NCBI GenBank assembly: GCA_900548455.1
Contig: URKQ01000007.1
Span: 34,050-98,049 of the forward strand
Length of the DNA: 64,000 bases
Direction: 5' to 3'
Origin: an uncultured Clostridium sp.
Lineage (GTDB): Bacteria > Bacillota > Clostridia > Clostridiales > Clostridiaceae
The notes under the pieces were generated by a model that saw only the letters and a program-made list of their open reading frames with translations, did not search any database and was not told the DNA's origin. The position numbers were made by a program, and so were the translations under genes. Of the stretch, positions 37,656 to 46,815 are shown piece after piece. The stretch's first letter is position 1. Each line of letters begins with the position of its first letter.

Positions 37656-37835
37656 CTAAACTATTTTATTTAAGTTATTTCCTATGGATGGGTTTAACTC
37701 CATCTCATCAATCATCTTTACCATACCCTCCGCCATAACTTCTGAGGAATTCATATTCATCTTCATTACAGAAAGTGATACAGCACTCGCTAATGCTGAT
37801 TGACTCATAGCTGTAGACAATGCTCCTATATCCAT
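37656..37835 (-). CDS. YjfB-family putative motility protein (59 aa, below the ORF-track cutoff)
   Basis: MDIGALSTAMSQSALASAVSLSVMKMNMNSSEVMAEGMVKMIDEMELNPSIGNNLNKIV*; SD AGGAGG. Confidence 0.8.
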   Translation of the reverse strand: MDIGALSTAMSQSALASAVSLSVMKMNMNSSEVMAEGMVKMIDEMELNPSIGNNLNKIV

Positions 37836-37869
37836 ATTACTAACCTCCTGTTATTTAGATTATATAATC

Positions 37870-38712
37870 TTATTGAGCCTTTACATTCTGTAGTATTTGC
37901 AGAATATCTTGAGGAAATTTATTCGTTTGCGCCATCATAGAAAGTCCACTTTCTATTAATATTGAGTTCTTTGAATGTTGTAGCATCTCAAGGGCAATAT
38001 CTGCTCCTACAATTGTAGCTTCTGCATTTTCTACCTTTCCTGTGATATCTTCCATAGTATCATAGGTTGATTCCATTCTATTACATACGGCTCCATATTT
38101 TCCCCTAGCACTATTTAACTTATCTACAGCACTTTCTATTCTTATAAGTGCTTCATCTGTATTCTCAGTTGAAATTTTATTAGTACCATCTTTATTAACT
38201 AAACCTAATCCTTCTGCTGTTAGGTTATGAGTTTCTATCTGTACCACATCATCACTCGTTGCTCCAATTAAAAGATCAATTCCCATACCTTCTTTATTTT
38301 TATCTGATAAAAGTTTTACACCATTCATCTCTGTATTATTAGCTGTATAGGTTATATGGTCAATCATTGAATCTATTTCACCTTGAATTACTTTTCTATC
38401 TTCTTCAGTATTAGCTCCACCAGCTTGAACCATTAATTCCTTTATTCTAGTAAGACCATTACTTATGGTATCCATTCCACCATCCATAGTTTGCAAAAGA
38501 CTAGTACTGTCCTGTACGTTTCTACTTGCCATTTGAAGAGATCTAACTTCCATTCTAAGCTTATCACTTTTAGCTTTTGCATTAGGATCATCTCTATAAC
38601 TATTAATTTTATTTCCTGAGGAAATATGCTTATATGTTTTTGATTGAGCCTCTAAATTATTACTATATCTATTAAATATCCTCATGGAGGCCATATTTCT
38701 ACATAATCTCAT
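37870..38712 (-). CDS. Divergent flagellin-like protein
   Basis: ISSGNKINSYRDDP, RNVQDSTSLLQT, RGKYGAVCNRME, ADIALEM. Confidence 0.88.
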   Translation of the reverse strand: MRLCRNMASMRIFNRYSNNLEAQSKTYKHISSGNKINSYRDDPNAKAKSDKLRMEVRSLQMASRNVQDSTSLLQTMDGGMDTISNGLTRIKELMVQAGGANTEEDRKVIQGEIDSMIDHITYTANNTEMNGVKLLSDKNKEGMGIDLLIGATSDDVVQIETHNLTAEGLGLVNKDGTNKISTENTDEALIRIESAVDKLNSARGKYGAVCNRMESTYDTMEDITGKVENAEATIVGADIALEMLQHSKNSILIESGLSMMAQTNKFPQDILQILQNVKAQ

Positions 38713-38748
38713 TTTCTCACTCCCTGCATTTATAACTCACTAGTTTAA

Positions 38749-38775
38749 TTATCGATATAAAAACAAAAACCTTTA
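38749..38775 (-). promoter_or_regulatory. sigma28 (FliA) promoter
   Basis: TAAA-15 nt-ATCGATAA. Confidence 0.7.
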
Positions 38776-39996
38776 ATTTATTATAGAACACATTCTTGTC
38801 AAAGCTCTAACCAAATCATATCCATCCCATATTAAATCAAAATCCGATGTTTTACCTACTGGGACAACTCTATCTATGCCACGTAACCCTCTATCTATTA
38901 TCCAATTTCTAATCTTATCTGCTTCAATTCCATAATATGATATAGTTTGATACTTAGTTGTAATTATCGATTGAAGCTTTTCAAAACTATTATGACTATA
39001 CTCTAAAAAATATCCCCCAGCACACGTAAAATTAGTAATTGTAGTATCTAAATTATTAATGTTAATCCTACTTATTAAATTATCCTCTGTCTTTTCTATA
39101 GAAACATCTTTTAAGATGATTGCACACCTATAACCTGTAAGCAACTTATCTACAGCAGTGATTGCCTCAACCTCATATTTACCCTTAATAAAATTATGCA
39201 AGCTGCTCCAAAATTTTTCTTTTGCTTTTTCAACTTCAGCACTATCCCCTAACCATACAATTAATCTTGGTGATGAACAAGCATTTTGATCATATAAATA
39301 TGTATCATTGTAAAAATCTTTAAGAAACTTATCCATTTCATTACAACTTAAAACTTTCTTAGCACTAAATATAGCAATAGAATATCTATCTGCAAAAGCT
39401 ATATCTACGGCTCTTGATGAAATCTTTGACTCTTTTATATTTCTAATTGTATTATCTCCACCCCAAATAATTCTTGCATCACAAATAGATGAAAAATAAT
39501 CATTAATCAATTTGTTTTTATCATAACTTAAAATACATATATAATCTTTTAAAAATGAGTGGTTTTTTTCAAACACCTTTTTTATTAATCTACATATTAT
39601 TTCTGTTTGAATGTACTCTTTATTATATGATACTCGTACAATACAACTATTTCCACTTAACAGACCTACAACTAATGAATATGCAAAATTAATTGGTACA
39701 TTAGAAGGTGCTATATGAAAACTTAATCCTCGACCAACTGCACATCCTTTTATATCTTCATACCTTTTTTTAAGTTTATTAATGTTCCCTTTTCTACAAA
39801 AAAAGCCAAAAGTTATTATATCTGAATACTGTCTCAGTTGCTTATCTCCCATAATTTCTTTTGCTAAATCATCTAAAAAACAACATACCTCATCAGAAAA
39901 AGGAGGCAAGGCCTTAAGTTTAACCATATCATCAAAATTAATACCACTAGAGTATTTAACTCTAACACTATCTAAATTTATCTTCATAAGTATCAC
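38773..39996 (-). CDS. luxC: LuxC-like acyl-CoA/acyl-protein reductase (start probably 39987)
   Basis: FHIAPSNVP, IWGGD, YDQNACSSP (catalytic Cys), RGIDRVVPVG, WDG. Confidence 0.85.
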   Translation of the reverse strand: MILMKINLDSVRVKYSSGINFDDMVKLKALPPFSDEVCCFLDDLAKEIMGDKQLRQYSDIITFGFFCRKGNINKLKKRYEDIKGCAVGRGLSFHIAPSNVPINFAYSLVVGLLSGNSCIVRVSYNKEYIQTEIICRLIKKVFEKNHSFLKDYICILSYDKNKLINDYFSSICDARIIWGGDNTIRNIKESKISSRAVDIAFADRYSIAIFSAKKVLSCNEMDKFLKDFYNDTYLYDQNACSSPRLIVWLGDSAEVEKAKEKFWSSLHNFIKGKYEVEAITAVDKLLTGYRCAIILKDVSIEKTEDNLISRININNLDTTITNFTCAGGYFLEYSHNSFEKLQSIITTKYQTISYYGIEADKIRNWIIDRGLRGIDRVVPVGKTSDFDLIWDGYDLVRALTRMCSIIN

Positions 39997-41050
39997 TACA
40001 CCCCCTTATTTCTGCATTCTTAAGTCTCCCTATTGCTTTAAAATATTTTCCATATCTTCCGCAAGGGCAATCATCTTCTCCTAAAATAATACCTTCATCT
40101 TCAGTTAGTATCGCATGTCCAGGATAAGATTTAGGAAGTATTGATAACACTTCAATTATTCCTTTTTTACCTATTGGTGCTACTGAAAAATCAAATGGAT
40201 CTCTTACTATTATATCTGAGAATATACTAGTATGAAGATGTCCGTATTCACATTCCATATATATAGTACCTGTCTGTTCTACCATGCCATAATAATTATA
40301 TACTTTCTCTATCATACAGGCATGATATAAAGATTTCTTAAATTCTTCATTAGTCACTGCTTCTCCTTGAAGCTTTTTCCATCCTCCACCATGAATTAAT
40401 ATTCCATTGGAAAGATCTAGTTTATGTGAAAGTTTGATTATTTCTTTATAAAAATGTTGCCATATCATAAAAGTAAATCCAAATAATAAAATTGTTTCAC
40501 CTTCATGCTTTTTAAGAAATTCTTCTATCTTTCCAATATCAATATTCATGTTTTCATCAAGGGCATAGATTTTATCATAAGCAAACATTTGAAAACCGAT
40601 AATACCCGCTCCCCTAGCAGAAAACATTTTTCTATCCTTTATAACAGCAGATGTATCTAAAATTATCATAGGTAATCTTTTACTTCCAATATATGAAGAA
40701 ACAATCTTGGTTAAAGTTTTTGTTTGATTAATAGAAGTTTCTCTGTCCAAAAAAATCTTAGAAACTTGTTGTCCCGAAGTTCCAGAAGATGTCATAGTCT
40801 TAAAAATTTCATCTTCCCTAATACTTTTCAAATTAAATTCCTTAAAAAGTCTAACTGGCAAAAATGGAATTTCACTATACCCATGGATATCTTCAATGTT
40901 AATACTTTTACTATTTATTATACTTTTATATTCTACGGAATTATTATAGTGAAAAAGGGTTAAATCTTTAAACCTTTGGGTTAGAATTTTATTCTTATCA
41001 TCCTTATTAAGAGAATAAGGTGGGATATTTATAAAGTCATTAAATTCCAT
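39968..41050 (-). CDS. luxE: LuxE-like acyl-protein synthetase (start re-placed at the SD-preceded ATG 41050)
   Basis: PFLPVRLFK, TSSGTSG, GGGWK, YGMVEQ, SYPGH..LTED, RGCS. Confidence 0.87.
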   Translation of the reverse strand: MEFNDFINIPPYSLNKDDKNKILTQRFKDLTLFHYNNSVEYKSIINSKSINIEDIHGYSEIPFLPVRLFKEFNLKSIREDEIFKTMTSSGTSGQQVSKIFLDRETSINQTKTLTKIVSSYIGSKRLPMIILDTSAVIKDRKMFSARGAGIIGFQMFAYDKIYALDENMNIDIGKIEEFLKKHEGETILLFGFTFMIWQHFYKEIIKLSHKLDLSNGILIHGGGWKKLQGEAVTNEEFKKSLYHACMIEKVYNYYGMVEQTGTIYMECEYGHLHTSIFSDIIVRDPFDFSVAPIGKKGIIEVLSILPKSYPGHAILTEDEGIILGEDDCPCGRYGKYFKAIGRLKNAEIRGCSDTYEDKFR

Positions 41051-42467
41051 TATATAATTCCTCCAACTTTTTATAAAGTGTTTTGCCTGCATCATTTTTG
41101 GGAATAACTTTTATTTCTTTTACTTGAAAAGCTTTTATATTTAACCCAGTTACTTGTGAAATATAGGTTCTTATCTCCTTTAAATAAGCTACATCTGTAA
41201 TATAAATATACATCTTATCATCTACCCCTGTACAAGCACAATCTAGTGTTTGAAATTTACCTTTAATAATTCTTTCAACTTCATCCAAATTTACTCTATT
41301 CCCAAAAATCTTCAAAAATCTTTTTTTTCTACCTACAATATAATAGTATCCATCATCATCTCTCTTTGCCATATCTCCAGTTACCAAAACGCCTTTATTA
41401 TCGTCACCCTTAGCTAAATCCTCTCCACATTCTGCATATCCTAGTGTTACATTTTCTCCATAATACTTCAGCTCTCCAACTACATTGGATTTCAAAATTT
41501 CATTATTATTAATGTCCACAAGAGAAAATCTCCCACCAGGAATTGGGATTCCCATACTACCATACTTTTCTAAAGCCATCTCCTTAGGTAAATATGCCAT
41601 TCTAGCAGTAGCTTCTGTCTGTCCATACATAACTATAAATGCTATCTTATTTTCCTCTGCGTATTGAGCATATTTTTTATGAAGTTCAGGTGATAATTTT
41701 CCTCCTGCTTGAGTCATTGTTTTTAATGATGGTAATTCCATTTTATTAAATCGTAATTTATTTAATATTTCATATGTATACGGAACCCCTCCAAAAGAAG
41801 TAGCTTTTTCTACCTTAAAAAAATCCCAAAAATCTTTTTCCATTATAGATTTATCTGTTAATAATATTGTTGCTCCTACATACAAATGGCTATTAATGAT
41901 AGAGAGTCCATAAGTATAATTCATTGGCAATGTTGTTATAGGTCTTTCATTTTCATCGATTAATAAATATTGACATATGGATTTTGTATTAGCTAAAATA
42001 TTTTTATAACTTTGACGAACAAGCTTAGGACTTCCTGTTGAACCAGATGTAGTTAAAAGCAGCGCTAAATCTTCATAAAGTTCATATCCCTCTTCAAAAT
42101 TTGTTTTAAGAAGAGAATATGAATATAAATTTAACTTTACTTTATATCCTTTAAATTCTTTAATTCTATTAGATGGAATCCATATGTAAGCCGGCTTATA
42201 TGTATTTAATAAACTTTCCAAAAGATTTCTATCTAAATCAGAAGATAAAAGTAATGGAACAATATCATTCTTTAAAAAAGCAGTATATCCCACCATTGAA
42301 CCAATAGTATTAGAACAAATTGAAAAAACAAGTTTTCTTCTTGGAATAATAGAAGAAATATCTTTCCATACATCCGAAAGTTCAGAATAACTTATTTTAT
42401 CCCCCTTATCATCTATAGCTGCTATTCTGTCTGCCAAATCACTTTTTTTTAAAGTATCCATAAGCAC
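41040..42467 (-). CDS. AMP-binding (acyl-CoA/acyl-ACP ligase) protein
   Basis: TTSGSTGSPK, MYGQTEA, TGD, GRKKRFLK, GK. Confidence 0.9.
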   Translation of the reverse strand: MLMDTLKKSDLADRIAAIDDKGDKISYSELSDVWKDISSIIPRRKLVFSICSNTIGSMVGYTAFLKNDIVPLLLSSDLDRNLLESLLNTYKPAYIWIPSNRIKEFKGYKVKLNLYSYSLLKTNFEEGYELYEDLALLLTTSGSTGSPKLVRQSYKNILANTKSICQYLLIDENERPITTLPMNYTYGLSIINSHLYVGATILLTDKSIMEKDFWDFFKVEKATSFGGVPYTYEILNKLRFNKMELPSLKTMTQAGGKLSPELHKKYAQYAEENKIAFIVMYGQTEATARMAYLPKEMALEKYGSMGIPIPGGRFSLVDINNNEILKSNVVGELKYYGENVTLGYAECGEDLAKGDDNKGVLVTGDMAKRDDDGYYYIVGRKKRFLKIFGNRVNLDEVERIIKGKFQTLDCACTGVDDKMYIYITDVAYLKEIRTYISQVTGLNIKAFQVKEIKVIPKNDAGKTLYKKLEELYNGI

Positions 42468-42563
42468 ATCTCCCCTTCTATTAGTAAATTCACTGCAAAA
42501 CTTCTATTAATTATTAAAGCCAATAACATAATTAAAATTATCGTTATCAGCTTCTCTAATCTT

Positions 42564-43535
42564 TTATAAGTTCATTTCTTTTAAAACTCTTGCGGCAATA
42601 TGTTCCGACTTTAACCCATATTTATTTAAGATATATGAGTAAGAAGCTCCCTTAATAAATTTATCTGGTAATCCAATATTTATTAGAATGTTATTCTTCT
42701 TTTCCTTTGTTAAATATTGTGATACTGCACTACCTAGTCCTCCTGTTTCAAAATGCTCTTCAACAGTTACTATATATTTTGACTTTGAAGTAACATTATC
42801 TAATAATTTTATATCTAACGGCTTTACGGTATGCATATCAATTACACCTACTGAAACGTTATTATTCTTTAATATTTTTGAAGCCTCTAGACATTCAAAA
42901 ACCATGGATCCTGATGCAATAAATGTAATATCTGAACCTTCTTCTAATACAATTCCTTTTCCAATTTCAAAATCAAAGTCTTCAGGATAAATAATAGGAG
43001 TATTCACAGTTCCTGTTAATCTAATATACATAGGTCCATCCCAATTTATAGCTTTTTCAACTGTTTTAGCAATGGAAGCTCCATCAGCAGGAGATACAAT
43101 GGTCATATTAGGAATTGATCTCATTATCGCTACATCTTCTAGTCCATAATGAGAATTGCCTAAGTAAGCCATAGCGACTCCACTACCTAGACCTACAGCT
43201 TTTACATTCAGGTTCATATATCCTGCATCAATACGCATTTGTTCACAACTTCTCATTGTAACAAAAGGTGCAAAGGAAGATGCAAATACAGGAATACCTT
43301 CCCTTGCAATACCTGCTGCAATACTTATCATATTTTGTTCTGCTATTCCAACGTTAATAAATCTATCTTCATACTCTTCCATAAACTTCTTTAATCCAGA
43401 AGATTTACCTAAGTCTGCAGATAACACCATAAAATCATCATTGTCTTTTGCTAAATCAAAAATAGATTTTCCAAAAGTTCCTCTAGATCCTAACCTAGAC
43501 CACATCCTTGAATTCTTTTTACTATATTCCATCAT
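42564..43535 (-). CDS. Transketolase-like protein, C-terminal subunit
   Basis: LSADL, NVGIAEQNM, SHYGLED, PMYIRL, VEEH. Confidence 0.9.
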   Translation of the reverse strand: MMEYSKKNSRMWSRLGSRGTFGKSIFDLAKDNDDFMVLSADLGKSSGLKKFMEEYEDRFINVGIAEQNMISIAAGIAREGIPVFASSFAPFVTMRSCEQMRIDAGYMNLNVKAVGLGSGVAMAYLGNSHYGLEDVAIMRSIPNMTIVSPADGASIAKTVEKAINWDGPMYIRLTGTVNTPIIYPEDFDFEIGKGIVLEEGSDITFIASGSMVFECLEASKILKNNNVSVGVIDMHTVKPLDIKLLDNVTSKSKYIVTVEEHFETGGLGSAVSQYLTKEKKNNILINIGLPDKFIKGASYSYILNKYGLKSEHIAARVLKEMNL

Positions 43536-44358
43536 ACATTTCTCCTAATGACTGTAATGCTAATTCATACTGACTATCACTCATTTTATTATGATGCCAC
43601 TCATTATCATTTTCCATAAAATTAACTCCACGACCCTTAATTGTTTTAGCAATAATAACCCTTGGTTTCTCATTATCATATTCTTTATCAAACACTTGTT
43701 GTAAATCTTCTATGTTATGTCCATCTACAACATCTACATTCCATCCAAAAGCACTCCACTTTTCTTCAAAGCCTGCCATGCTCATAATATTATTACTATT
43801 TCCATCACTTTGAAGCTCATTATAATCTATAATTGCAACTAGATTTTTCAACTTATATTGGTTTGCAGCCATAGCCCCTTCCCATATTGAACCTTCGTTG
43901 CATTCACCATTTCCCATAAGAACGTATACCTTATAATCTAATTTTTTTCTTCTCGCAGCCAACAGACTACCAATACCTAGTCCTAAACCATGCCCTAAGC
44001 TTCCGTTAGAAGCTTCAATTCCTAAATCTAGTTTCATAACTGGGTGAGAGCCAAAATCACTTTCATCTTGCTGGAAAGTGTTTAATTGCTCCTTGGAAAT
44101 AAATCCTGCCTGTTCTAAGGCTGTATAATATCCTAAAACTCCGTGACCCTTACTTAAAATAAACCTATCTCGCAGATTCCAACTAGGGTTTTTACTATCA
44201 TAATTCATAACACTTCCATATAGGACTGCCATTATATCTATGATTGATAATCCACCACCAAAATGAGAATTCCCATCAGTTATCATAGACAACTCTAAGG
44301 CCCTTTTTCTCATATCATATGCCATTTTTTCAATACTTTTAATTGACTTAGTCATCAC
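43522..44358 (-). CDS. Transketolase-like protein, N-terminal ThDP-binding subunit
   Basis: SHFGG, DRFILSKGH, GSLGHG, MGNGECNEGSIWE, IDYN, DGHN, KGRG, WHH. Confidence 0.9.
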   Translation of the reverse strand: MMTKSIKSIEKMAYDMRKRALELSMITDGNSHFGGGLSIIDIMAVLYGSVMNYDSKNPSWNLRDRFILSKGHGVLGYYTALEQAGFISKEQLNTFQQDESDFGSHPVMKLDLGIEASNGSLGHGLGLGIGSLLAARRKKLDYKVYVLMGNGECNEGSIWEGAMAANQYKLKNLVAIIDYNELQSDGNSNNIMSMAGFEEKWSAFGWNVDVVDGHNIEDLQQVFDKEYDNEKPRVIIAKTIKGRGVNFMENDNEWHHNKMSDSQYELALQSLGEMYDGI

Positions 44359-44367
44359 TTAACACTC

Positions 44368-45117
44368 CTATCTTAACATACCACCATCAACTCTAATAAC
44401 TTGTCCAGTAACAAAGCTACTCATATGAGATGACAAAAACAATGCTACATTGGCAATCTCCTCAGGCTCTGCTAATCTTTTCATAATAACATTATTTAAA
44501 GAATGTTGAAAAACATCTTCCTTCATTTCCTTTATCATATCAGTATTAGTCATTCCTGGTGCAATTGCATTGACACGTATTCCATAGCCTCCCAACTCAG
44601 CAGCTAGTTTTTTAGTTGCTCCAACAATAGCTGCTTTACTTGACACATACTCTATTTGAGCTGGGCCTCCATCTAATGCAGCAATAGATGCCATATTAAC
44701 AATACTCCCGCATTTTTGTTTCATCATTGTTCTAGAAATGTACTGTGTAAAAAGCATTTGAGAAAAAAAATTAATATCAAAAATTTCTTTCATTGATTGC
44801 ATACTCATCATGGAAAATAATCTATTCTCCGGAACTATACTAGCATTATTAACTAAAATATCTATTTTGCATTTTGAAGAAATAATTGTCTTTGCAGCTT
44901 TTTTTATTTCTTCGTCTTGAGTAAAATCAAAAGGTATAATATTTATATTAACTTCATATAATTTCATTAACTCACTACATATCTTAGAGAATTCTTCCGA
45001 TTCTTTACGCACACATGCATATATATTAGCACCATTTCGAGCAAAACATTCTAATATAGATTTTCCAATTCCTCGATTACAACCTGTTATAACTGCAGTT
45101 TTATTTTTTAATAACAT
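44368..45117 (-). CDS. FabG-like SDR ketoreductase
   Basis: TGCNRGIG, NNAS, YVSSK, IRVNAIAPG, VDGG. Confidence 0.88.
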   Translation of the reverse strand: MLLKNKTAVITGCNRGIGKSILECFARNGANIYACVRKESEEFSKICSELMKLYEVNINIIPFDFTQDEEIKKAAKTIISSKCKIDILVNNASIVPENRLFSMMSMQSMKEIFDINFFSQMLFTQYISRTMMKQKCGSIVNMASIAALDGGPAQIEYVSSKAAIVGATKKLAAELGGYGIRVNAIAPGMTNTDMIKEMKEDVFQHSLNNVIMKRLAEPEEIANVALFLSSHMSSFVTGQVIRVDGGMLR

Positions 45118-45146
45118 AAATATCCTCCATATAACAAATAATTTTT

Positions 45147-45632
45147 TTACTTCTTATCTAAGGGGGAATATTTTTTTATTTCATCTGGAACTGCCATAGT
45201 TAGTTCAGCCTCACAAACTATTTGTCCATTCACATATCCTCTTCCTTTTCCCTTACATATACCTCTTCGCCAAGAAATAATATCAGTCTCTATATCAAAT
45301 CTATCACCTGGAACAACCTCTTTAAAAAACTTAACATTACTAGAAATAAAGTAAGTAATTTTTCCCTCAAGATCAGGTAATGTAGTAATTGCAATTGCAA
45401 TCATCTGAGATATTGCTTCAAGCTGCATTGTACCTGGCATAATAGGATTCCCTTGAAAATGAACAGGAAAAAACCAATCATTATTTGATAAATTTTTATA
45501 TCCCTTTGCACTTTTTCCTGGAATCACTTCTGTTACATAATCTATCATTAAAAATGGATATCTCACAAGTTGATACTTTTGTAACTCTATTGCATTAAGT
45601 GAAAATCCTTTTCCCTCATCCATAAGTAACAT
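45147..45632 (-). CDS. FabZ-like 3-hydroxyacyl-ACP dehydratase
   Basis: RYPFLMID, WFFPVHFQGNPIMPG...LEA, VVPGD. Confidence 0.88.
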   Translation of the reverse strand: MLLMDEGKGFSLNAIELQKYQLVRYPFLMIDYVTEVIPGKSAKGYKNLSNNDWFFPVHFQGNPIMPGTMQLEAISQMIAIAITTLPDLEGKITYFISSNVKFFKEVVPGDRFDIETDIISWRRGICKGKGRGYVNGQIVCEAELTMAVPDEIKKYSPLDKK

Positions 45633-45644
45633 TCCTCCACAAAA

Positions 45645-45887
45645 TTAAGCTATAATAACATCATACTTTGATAAAATTTCTTTTCCTTTTTCATAAGAAG
45701 AAAAATCAATTATATCTTCCGTTTCCATCATTATGTCAAAAGTATCCTCTAGGACTGATATAAGTTCCATATGTCCAATAGAATCCCAAGCAGAAATACT
45801 ATTATATTTTAAGTTCTCACCTAAATCACTTGATTCAACATTTAAACTTTCTATAAATACCTTATTATACTTTTCTAAATTACTCAT
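45645..45887 (-). CDS. Acyl carrier protein
   Basis: 80-aa acidic protein with WDSIGHM phosphopantetheine Ser motif. Confidence 0.9.
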   Translation of the reverse strand: MSNLEKYNKVFIESLNVESSDLGENLKYNSISAWDSIGHMELISVLEDTFDIMMETEDIIDFSSYEKGKEILSKYDVIIA

Positions 45888-45932
45888 ATCTTATCTCCAA
45901 TCATTTTCAAATTATAATATTAAATTTCTACT

Positions 45933-46796
45933 TTATTTATTCCACATACTTCTAGCAGGGTTTCCTACTACAACTTTATCACTTTCAATGCTTTTCATAA
46001 CAACACTTCCGATGCCAACTCTAGTATTATCTCCTATTTCAATCATATGTGATACCGTTGCATTAGGTCCAATCCAACAATCATGACCAATTATTGTAGC
46101 TCCTGAAATAGCCGCTCCTCCAGCAATTAAAGTTCTTTCACCTATTTTACATGCATGTCCAAGAACATTTAAGCATCCAACCTTTACATAGTTTTTAATC
46201 ATCGTATTATCCCAAGAAAAAAGAGCTTTATCAATACAATTATTATATTTAACTTCAACATTATTGCCGATTTTTAATCCACCTGCATGTTCTACATATA
46301 TAATTTCATTTCCTTGTATATATTGAAATCCTTCTCCTCCAAGCACAGTGTTAGCTCTTATTATACTGTTATCACCAATCTCAACATCATCTCTAATAAT
46401 TACATTTTCTTCAATGACTACATTATCTCCAATAATAACATTCTTTTCACTAATTATAGCTCTATTACTAATTTGGACATTCTCACCAATTTGAGTTTTA
46501 AACTCTGCTTTGCCATACAAATTATTCTTAGTTAAATAATTATGTATTAAGAAAAAATCACGCCTTGGACTTTCACTAATACAAACACCATATTTTTCTG
46601 GAATTGACTCAGATACTTCCTTAGTGCATATTACACAACTTACATTTTCTTTTAACTGGTCTATATAATCCGCACTCTCTAAAAAAGTCAACGTCTTTTT
46701 TTCTATTTTAGATATAACAAAACCAAGAACTTCAAATTCACCATCTCTTAAAACTTGAACCTTTGGCAATTCATTAGTAAATTTACATAAATTCAT
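45933..46796 (-). CDS. LpxD-like left-handed beta-helix acyltransferase (start re-placed at 46796)
   Basis: N-terminal LTFL...SPRRDF region, hexapeptide repeats, LGGEGF, CIDK, LGHACKIG, VGNPAR. Confidence 0.85.
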   Translation of the reverse strand: MNLCKFTNELPKVQVLRDGEFEVLGFVISKIEKKTLTFLESADYIDQLKENVSCVICTKEVSESIPEKYGVCISESPRRDFFLIHNYLTKNNLYGKAEFKTQIGENVQISNRAIISEKNVIIGDNVVIEENVIIRDDVEIGDNSIIRANTVLGGEGFQYIQGNEIIYVEHAGGLKIGNNVEVKYNNCIDKALFSWDNTMIKNYVKVGCLNVLGHACKIGERTLIAGGAAISGATIIGHDCWIGPNATVSHMIEIGDNTRVGIGSVVMKSIESDKVVVGNPARSMWNK

Positions 46797-46815
46797 TTTT
46801 ATCACCTTTTCAATA

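Noticed and set aside
38773..41050. Bioluminescence operon
   Set aside because: No luxA, luxB or luxD; the context is a glycosylation island
42538..42566. sigma28 promoter before the AMP ligase gene
   Set aside because: AACGATAA is present, but TAAA is 17 nt away rather than 15
44763..44770. Poly-A tract as a phase-variation site
   Set aside because: A run of 8 is unremarkable in DNA this AT-rich, and the frame is intact
45933..46796. Evidence for lipid A or an outer membrane
   Set aside because: No other lpx genes, and no flgH/flgI in the flagellar operon, consistent with a monoderm envelope
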